From contig CAVVXL010000010.1 of NCBI GenBank assembly GCA_963752235.1, positions 257,844 through 321,843 of the forward strand: a stretch of DNA of 64,000 nt, given 5' to 3'. Within the stretch, counting starts at the first letter, position 1, and every line of letters begins with the position of its first letter. This stretch comes from an uncultured Acidobacteriota bacterium. GTDB lineage: Bacteria; Acidobacteriota; Thermoanaerobaculia; Multivoradales; UBA5704. Made by a program: the position numbers and the translations under genes. Shown here piece by piece: positions 57,862 to 64,000 of this stretch. The notes beneath the pieces are model-generated. The model worked only from the letters and a program-made list of their open reading frames with translations, had not been told where the DNA came from and did not search any database.

Positions 57862-59559
57862 ATGGCGACAGACGAAGAAGAGGCAGGGGCAACTTTCGCG
57901 AGCCTGGGGCTCTCGGAGCCCCTCCTGAAGGCGATCACCGAAATCGGCTACGAGGCGCCGACACCGATCCAGGAGAAGACGATCCCGCCGATGCTCGCCG
58001 GGCGCGACCTGATCGGCCAGGCGCAGACGGGAACCGGCAAGACGGCGGCGTTCGCCATCCCGATCCTGGAGAAGATCGACCTCACGGTCCCCGGGGTGCA
58101 GGCGCTGGTGCTGGCGCCGACCCGGGAGCTGGCGATCCAGGTGGCGGAGGCGGTCCACGTCTACTCCAAGTACCTGGGCCGCGTGGCCGTGCTGCCGGTC
58201 TACGGCGGCCAGCCGATCCAGCTCCAGCTCAAGCGGCTCGACCGCGGCGTCCACGTGGTCGTCGGCACGCCGGGGCGGATCATGGACCACCTGCGGCGCG
58301 GGTCGATGCGCCTCGACGCCGTCCGCGTCGTGGTGCTCGACGAGGCGGACGAGATGCTCCGCATGGGCTTCATCGAGGACGTCGAGTGGATCCTTTCGCA
58401 GGCGCCGGAGGGGCGGCAGACGGCGCTCTTCTCGGCCACTCTGCCGCGCGAGGTGCGCCGGGTCGCCGAGCGCCACCTGCGCAACCCGATCTCGATCGAG
58501 ATCGAGCACAAGACGATGACGGTGCCCGCCATCGACCAGCGCTACCTCAACGTCCTGCCGCAGCAGAAGCTCGACGCGCTCACCAGCATCCTGGAGACCG
58601 AGCCGACCGAGGCGGTGCTGATCTTCACCCGCACCAAGAACGGCGCCGCCGAGCTCACCGAGCGCCTGGAAGGGCGCGGCTACGCCGCCGAGGCGATGCA
58701 CGGCGACATGAACCAGGCGCAGCGCGAGAGCGTGATCCGCCGCCTGAAGTCCGGCCAGCTGGAGATCGTGGTGGCGACCGACGTCGCCGCCCGCGGCCTG
58801 GACGTCGAACGGATCAGCCACGTCATCAACTTCGACGTCCCCAACGACGTCGAGGCCTACGTCCACCGCATCGGCCGCACCGGCCGGGCGGGACGCTCCG
58901 GAGTCGCCGTGCTCTTCGTCTCCCCCCGCGAGCGGCGGATGATGACGGAGATCGAGCGCTACACCGGGGCGCGCATCACGCCGATGAAGATGCCCTCCCA
59001 AGCCGACGTGGCGGCGCGGCGGACCGCTCTGTTCAAGGAGAGCATCCGGCAGTCGGTCGCCGAGGGGGACCTCGACCTCTATCTCACCCTGGTCGAGGAG
59101 CTGGTGGTGGAGGGGCTGGACCTCGCCGAGATCGCCGCGGGCGCCGCCCGGCTGGCCCGCGGCGACAAGCCGCTCGCGGTCGCGCTCGAGCCCGAGCCCA
59201 GGGGGGTCCACCGGGCCGAGGACGGCATGGTGCGGCTGTTCATCGACGCCGGCAGCCGGGCCGGCGTGCGGCCGGGGGACATCGTGGGGGCGATCGCCAA
59301 CGAGGCCGGGGTGCCGGGCAAGGCGATCGGCTCGATCGACATCTACGACAATTTCACCTTCGTGGAGCTGCCGGCGCAGTTCAGCGACCAGGTGCTCGAG
59401 CGGATGGCCAACGCCACCATCCGCGGCCGGCCGGTGGGCATCCGGGTGGCGACCACCGAGGGGGACGGGGAGAGGCCGCGCGACCGCGGGCGGCGCCCCG
59501 GGGGCGAGAGGCCGCGCGGCGACCGGCCGCGCCCGCCCTATCAGGACCGGCGGCGCTGA
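57862..59559 (+). CDS. deaD: DEAD-box ATP-dependent RNA helicase (DeaD/CsdA-like with DbpA-type C-terminal RNA-binding domain)
   Basis: Start MATDEEE (GGAGGA upstream). Q motif, Walker A AQTGTGKT, DEAD box VLDEADEM, SAT, HRIGRTGRAG, and a C-terminal DbpA-like domain plus an RGG-like basic tail. Confidence 0.9.
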   Translation: MATDEEEAGATFASLGLSEPLLKAITEIGYEAPTPIQEKTIPPMLAGRDLIGQAQTGTGKTAAFAIPILEKIDLTVPGVQALVLAPTRELAIQVAEAVHVYSKYLGRVAVLPVYGGQPIQLQLKRLDRGVHVVVGTPGRIMDHLRRGSMRLDAVRVVVLDEADEMLRMGFIEDVEWILSQAPEGRQTALFSATLPREVRRVAERHLRNPISIEIEHKTMTVPAIDQRYLNVLPQQKLDALTSILETEPTEAVLIFTRTKNGAAELTERLEGRGYAAEAMHGDMNQAQRESVIRRLKSGQLEIVVATDVAARGLDVERISHVINFDVPNDVEAYVHRIGRTGRAGRSGVAVLFVSPRERRMMTEIERYTGARITPMKMPSQADVAARRTALFKESIRQSVAEGDLDLYLTLVEELVVEGLDLAEIAAGAARLARGDKPLAVALEPEPRGVHRAEDGMVRLFIDAGSRAGVRPGDIVGAIANEAGVPGKAIGSIDIYDNFTFVELPAQFSDQVLERMANATIRGRPVGIRVATTEGDGERPRDRGRRPGGERPRGDRPRPPYQDRRR

Positions 59560-59592
59560 GCCGGGTCGGACCGCCGGGTGGGAGGCTGAGCC

Positions 59593-61764
59593 TCAGAGGT
59601 CGTGCACGAGGGGTTGCGGGCGGCAGAGCCAGAAGCCCTGGGCGTAGTCGATCCCCATCTCCTTCAGGGCCTCGAGGGTCTGCCGGTTCTCCACCCATTC
59701 GGCGATCGTCTGCAGCCCCATGACGTGGCCGATCTGGTTGATCGACTCGACCATCGCCCGCTTGACCCGGTCCTCCATCATGTTCTGCACGAACTCGCCG
59801 TCGATCTTCAGGAAGTCGACCTGGAGGTCGCGCAGGTAGGCGAAGGAGGAGAGGCCGCTGCCGAAGTCGTCGAGGATGAAGCGGCACCCCTTGGCCTTGA
59901 GGGCGGCGATGAAGCGCATGGCGCTGTCGAGCTTGCTGATCGCCGCCGTCTCGGTGATCTCGAAGCAGATGCGCGTCGCGTCGACGGCGCTCCGCTCGAG
60001 CTCCTCGACGACGAAGGCGAGGAACCCCTCCTCGCCGAGCGACTGGCCGGAGAGGTTGATCGCGAAGAGGACGGGGCGCGACCACTCGCGCTTCTGAGCC
60101 TCGGAGAGCGCGGCGAAAGCGGTCTTCACCACCCAGCGGTCGATCGAGGAGATCAGGTGGTAGCGCTCGGCCGCCGCGATGAAGGCCGAAGGCTCGATGA
60201 CCCCGCCCGCGCGGTCGAGCATGCGGATGAAGACCTCGCAGAGCAGGTCGCGCGGCGCGACCTCGTCCCCGGCATCGCCGAGCGGCTGGATCAGCTGGTA
60301 GAAGAGGCGGAAGCGCTTGTCCTCGAAGGCGCGGTGGATGCGGTGGATCCACTGCATCTCGCCGTAGCGCTCGGCGACCAGGGTGTCGTCGATCTCGTAC
60401 TCATGGACGCGGTTGCGGCCGCCGTCCTTGGCCACGTAGCAGGCGGCGTCGGCGGCGGAGAGCACCTGCGCCAGGTCGCCGCTGTCGGCGTCGATGGGGA
60501 CGAGGCCGATCGAGGCGCCCACCTCGAAGATCTGGTCGCGCCAGCAGAAACGGAACTCGCGGACGGTGCGCCGCATCTCCTCGGCGATCTGCCGCGCATG
60601 GTCGATCGGGCAGTCCTCGAGCAGCACGCCGAACTCGTCGCCGCCGAGGCGGGCGAGGATGTCGCTGCGGCGGATCCGGCTGCGCAGCAGGGCGGTGATC
60701 TGCTTGAGCATCTCGTCGCCCACCAGGTGGCCGCAGGTGTCGTTGACCACCTTGAACTCGTCGAGGTCGAGATAGAGCAGCACGTGGTGGCGCCGCTCGG
60801 CCCGCGTGCTGCGGATGGCGCGCTTGAGCCGCACCTCGAACTCGCGGCGGTTGATCAGGCCGGTCAGCGCGTCGTGGCTCGCCAGGTAGACCATCTCGCG
60901 TTCCATGCCGCGCAGCTCGGTGACGTCCTTGAAGACGAGGACGGCGCCGAGCGCGGCGCCCGAGCGGTCGTAGATCGGCGCCGCCGAGTCGCGCACCGAG
61001 TACTCCTTGCCGTCGAGGCTCAGCAGCAGCGCATGGCCGGGGGACTCGACCACCCGCTTCTCCTCCAGGCAGCGGGCGACCGGATCGGCGAGCGGCTGGC
61101 GGGTGATCTCGTCCACCACCCGGAAGACCTCGGAGACCGTGCGGCCGATCGCCGCCTCCGTCCGCCAGCCGGTCAACCGCTCGGCCACCGGGTTGAGGTA
61201 GTCGATCGCCCCCTCCGCGTCGGTGCGGACGACGCCGTCGCCGATCGAGGCGAGGGTCACCTGGGCGCGCTCCTGCTCGCGGGAGAGCGCCTCCTCGGCC
61301 TGCTTGCGCTCGGTGATGTCGACCGCGATCCCGATGCAGCCGGTGATCTCGCCCGCCTCGTCCCGCAACGGCTCGACGCGGGTCTGGAACGTATGCTCGC
61401 CCCAGACGTGCTCGAAGCTCACCGACTCGCCGGCGAGCGCCAGATGGTGGGCGCGGATGGCGTCCGGATTGCCGGTGCCGTCGTGATCGAACAGCCGGGT
61501 GCCGGGGGTGACGCGCAGGCCGAAGGAGGCGAGGCCGCCGCCCAGGCTGGAGTCGAAGCGCAGCTCGCGGTCGGTCGTCCAGACGATCGCGGGGACCGGC
61601 TCGATCAGCAGACGCAGGCGCGCGTTGAGGGAGTCGTCCAGCTCCGCCAGCTCGGACGAGACGGGCGACGGCAGCGATACCCGCTCGTCGCCGTCGAAGG
61701 ACGAGTCTTCGTCGAGAGCCGGAACGTCGTCGGACGGAAGCCGCATGGGTTCGAAAGCGAGCAT
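59593..61764 (-). CDS. PAS-PAS-GGDEF-EAL signalling protein
   Basis: 723 aa. GGDEF motif RLGGDEF, EAL ...DDFGSGLSSFAYL...QGFW. Close paralog of the next gene. Confidence 0.85.
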   Translation of the reverse strand: MLAFEPMRLPSDDVPALDEDSSFDGDERVSLPSPVSSELAELDDSLNARLRLLIEPVPAIVWTTDRELRFDSSLGGGLASFGLRVTPGTRLFDHDGTGNPDAIRAHHLALAGESVSFEHVWGEHTFQTRVEPLRDEAGEITGCIGIAVDITERKQAEEALSREQERAQVTLASIGDGVVRTDAEGAIDYLNPVAERLTGWRTEAAIGRTVSEVFRVVDEITRQPLADPVARCLEEKRVVESPGHALLLSLDGKEYSVRDSAAPIYDRSGAALGAVLVFKDVTELRGMEREMVYLASHDALTGLINRREFEVRLKRAIRSTRAERRHHVLLYLDLDEFKVVNDTCGHLVGDEMLKQITALLRSRIRRSDILARLGGDEFGVLLEDCPIDHARQIAEEMRRTVREFRFCWRDQIFEVGASIGLVPIDADSGDLAQVLSAADAACYVAKDGGRNRVHEYEIDDTLVAERYGEMQWIHRIHRAFEDKRFRLFYQLIQPLGDAGDEVAPRDLLCEVFIRMLDRAGGVIEPSAFIAAAERYHLISSIDRWVVKTAFAALSEAQKREWSRPVLFAINLSGQSLGEEGFLAFVVEELERSAVDATRICFEITETAAISKLDSAMRFIAALKAKGCRFILDDFGSGLSSFAYLRDLQVDFLKIDGEFVQNMMEDRVKRAMVESINQIGHVMGLQTIAEWVENRQTLEALKEMGIDYAQGFWLCRPQPLVHDL

Positions 61765-61850
61765 TTGGAGGCCCCCTCAGGGGACTCCGATACCTTAAGC
61801 AATAATCGCGCCCAATTGGGATCTTCTTGGCCGAGGAGGCGGCGAAGGAG

Positions 61851-64000
61851 TCAGATGAGGGGTTCCGGCATCGAGAGCCCATAGCCCTGGGCGTAGTTGA
61901 CGCCGATCTGGCGCAGGACCTCCAGGGTGGGCAGGTCCTCGACCGATTCGGCGATGGTGCGGATGCCCATGACGTGGCCGATCTGGTTGATCGACTCGAC
62001 CAGGGCGCGCTGGACCGTGCTGTTCACCATGTCGCGCACGAAGGCGCCGTCGATCTTGAGGAAGTCGACCTGCAGGTTCTGGAGGTAGGCGAAGGAGGAG
62101 AGGCCGCTGCCGAAGTCGTCGAGCACGAAGCGGAACCCCAGCTCTTTGAGGACGCGGATGAAGTGGGTCGCCTTCGCAAGGTTGCCGACGGCGGCGGTCT
62201 CGGTGATCTCGAAGAAGATGCGCTCCGGCTCGATGCCCGTCGCCTCCACCTCGGCGAGGATGTAGTCGAGGAAGGCTTCGTCCCCCACCGACTGCCCCGA
62301 GAGGTTGATGGCGAAGCGGGTGGTGTCGCCGTGCGAGAGGGTGCCGCAGGCCAGGGTGACGAAGGCGGCGTGGATCACCCAGCGGTCGATCGAGGCGATC
62401 AGGTGATAGCGCTCGGCGGCCGGGATGAAGGCGGCCGGGGTGGCGATGCCCCCCTCCTCGTCGACCATGCGGATGAAGATCTCGCACAGCGGCGGCTCCG
62501 AGCCGCCGTCGTCGAGCGGGTGGATGCTCTGCCGGTAGAGGCAGAAGCGGTGCTCGGCGAACGCCTTGTGGATGCGGTAGATCCACTGCATCTCGCCGTA
62601 GCGCTCGGCGACGGCGCTGTCGTCCGGCTGGTACTCGTGCATCCGGCTGCGCCCGCTCTCCTTGGCGACGTAGCAGGCGGCATCGGCCGCGGAGAGCACG
62701 CGCGCCATGTCGTCGCTGTCGGCGGTGATCGGCACCAGGCCGATCGAGACGCCGATCTCGAAGATCCGCTCCTGCCAGCCGAAGCGGTACTGGCGGACGG
62801 CGGTGAGCAGCCGCTCGCCGAGCTCGCGGGCGTCGGCCAGGCTGGCGTCCTCGAGCAGCACGCCGAACTCGTCGCCGCCGAGGCGGGCGAGGGTGTCGGT
62901 CTTGCGCAGCAGCGAGCGCAGCAGCGACGTCACCTGCTTCAGCATCTCGTCCCCGGCGAGATGGCCGCAGGTGTCGTTGACCACCTTGAACTCGTCGAGG
63001 TCGAGATAGAAGAGGGCGTGCTCGCGCTGGTCCTCCACGGCGGTGTCGAGGCTGTGCTGGAGGCGCTTCTCGAACTCGCGGCGGTTGATCAGGCCGGTGA
63101 GGGGGTCGTGGCGCGCGAGGTAGATCATCTCGCGCTCCATGCCGCGCAGCTGGGTGACGTCCTTGAAGACGAGGACGCTGCCGGTGGTACGCCCGGCGCG
63201 GTCCTGGATCGGCGCCACCGAGTCGCGGATCGCGAACTCCCGGCCGTCGCGCCGCACCAGCATGGAGTAGCCGGAGTGCTCGATGACCCTACCCTCGGCG
63301 AGGCAGCGCTCGACGGCGTTGGGGAGCGTCTTGCCCGTCCCCTCGTCGACGACGTTGAAGATCCGCGTCACCGGCTGGGCACAGGCGTCCGCGGCGCTCC
63401 AGCCGGTCAGCCGCTCGGCGACCGGATTGAGGTAGTCGACGAGCCCCGCGGCGTCGGTGCGGATGACGCCGTCGCCGATCGAGGCGAGGGTGACCTGGGC
63501 GAGCTCCTTCTCCTGCGCCAGCGCGGCCTCGGTGAGCTTGCGCTCGATCTCGACGGCGGCGCGGGCGGCGAAGATCTTGAGGATCGACAGCGCCGGCAGG
63601 TCGTCGCCGACCGGCGAGGTGCTCATCACCGCCACGTGTCCGAGCGGCCGGTGCTCGCGGTCGAAGAGCGGCACCGCTATGTAGCTCTCGATGCGCGTCT
63701 TCTCCAGCCAGCGATCCCCGGGGAAGAGCTGCCAGACGCCGGAGGGGTGGTACGAGATCTCACGGCCGACCACCTCCTCGCAGGGGGTGCCGCGCAGGTC
63801 GTACTCGAACAGCGGGCTGTAGTCGTCGACCTCCCAAAGGGCCAGCAGGCGGACCCGGGTGACGGCCTCGTCGACCACCTCGGAGACGAAGGCGTACTCC
63901 ATGCCCAGGGCGCCGGCGAGGTGGCGGACGAGGGAGCGCAGGAAATCGGTGCCGATGGTCGAGGAGGTCCCCTCGACGATCGCCCGCAGCCGCTCCTCCC
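61851..64000 (-). CDS. GAF-PAS-GGDEF-EAL signalling protein (5-prime truncated by window edge)
   Basis: Frame stays open beyond nt 64000 (…ERLRAIVEGTSSTIGTDFLRSLVRHLAGALGMEYAFVSEV, a GAF start). The downstream PAS-GGDEF-EAL part is about 70% identical by eye to the 59593..61764 protein. Confidence 0.85.
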   Translation of the reverse strand, partial: EERLRAIVEGTSSTIGTDFLRSLVRHLAGALGMEYAFVSEVVDEAVTRVRLLALWEVDDYSPLFEYDLRGTPCEEVVGREISYHPSGVWQLFPGDRWLEKTRIESYIAVPLFDREHRPLGHVAVMSTSPVGDDLPALSILKIFAARAAVEIERKLTEAALAQEKELAQVTLASIGDGVIRTDAAGLVDYLNPVAERLTGWSAADACAQPVTRIFNVVDEGTGKTLPNAVERCLAEGRVIEHSGYSMLVRRDGREFAIRDSVAPIQDRAGRTTGSVLVFKDVTQLRGMEREMIYLARHDPLTGLINRREFEKRLQHSLDTAVEDQREHALFYLDLDEFKVVNDTCGHLAGDEMLKQVTSLLRSLLRKTDTLARLGGDEFGVLLEDASLADARELGERLLTAVRQYRFGWQERIFEIGVSIGLVPITADSDDMARVLSAADAACYVAKESGRSRMHEYQPDDSAVAERYGEMQWIYRIHKAFAEHRFCLYRQSIHPLDDGGSEPPLCEIFIRMVDEEGGIATPAAFIPAAERYHLIASIDRWVIHAAFVTLACGTLSHGDTTRFAINLSGQSVGDEAFLDYILAEVEATGIEPERIFFEITETAAVGNLAKATHFIRVLKELGFRFVLDDFGSGLSSFAYLQNLQVDFLKIDGAFVRDMVNSTVQRALVESINQIGHVMGIRTIAESVEDLPTLEVLRQIGVNYAQGYGLSMPEPLI

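Overview
Roughly 70% GC bacterial chromosome segment, apparently from a diderm organism (TamA/TamB and a TerC-family protein are present). About 45 protein-coding genes are supported, and no rRNA, tRNA, CRISPR array or IS/transposase was recognised. Readable content: a 5-prime-truncated GT2 glycosyltransferase, GNAT, glutamate dehydrogenase, MscS, a tricorn-protease homolog, a YdeN-like hydrolase, a glycine-rich RRM RNA-binding protein with a long leader, ApaG, TerC, exonuclease III, a nitrilase-family hydrolase, an SdpI-like protein, a secreted tyrosinase, the tamA-tamB operon, YihY, cysteine synthase, SrkA kinase, a secreted metzincin with a co-transcribed small secreted protein, EttA, a sortase with an adjacent Thr/Gly-rich LPXTA-type substrate, a multi-TM sensor histidine kinase, a PSMA-like M28 peptidase, a Fe-ADH, DUF885, DUF455 next to an ATP-grasp-like gene, a topoisomerase III plus RecQ pair preceded by a GAAC-N7-GAAC LexA-type box, a DinB_2-like protein, an Lhr helicase, a DEAD-box helicase, and three PAS-GGDEF-EAL proteins (two are tandem paralogs, the last 5-prime truncated by the window edge). 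The most striking sequence-level observation is that at least seven genes between about 37 kb and 56 kb carry frameshifts at C/G homopolymers while the flanking 0-35 kb and 57-64 kb read cleanly, which suggests local assembly error or, less likely, a decayed region. The long Arg/Gly/Pro-rich ORFs in the six-frame track are off-frame or antisense artefacts of the high GC. Start coordinates were derived by frame arithmetic from the ORF track. All functional calls rest on motif and family recognition by eye, not on database searches.
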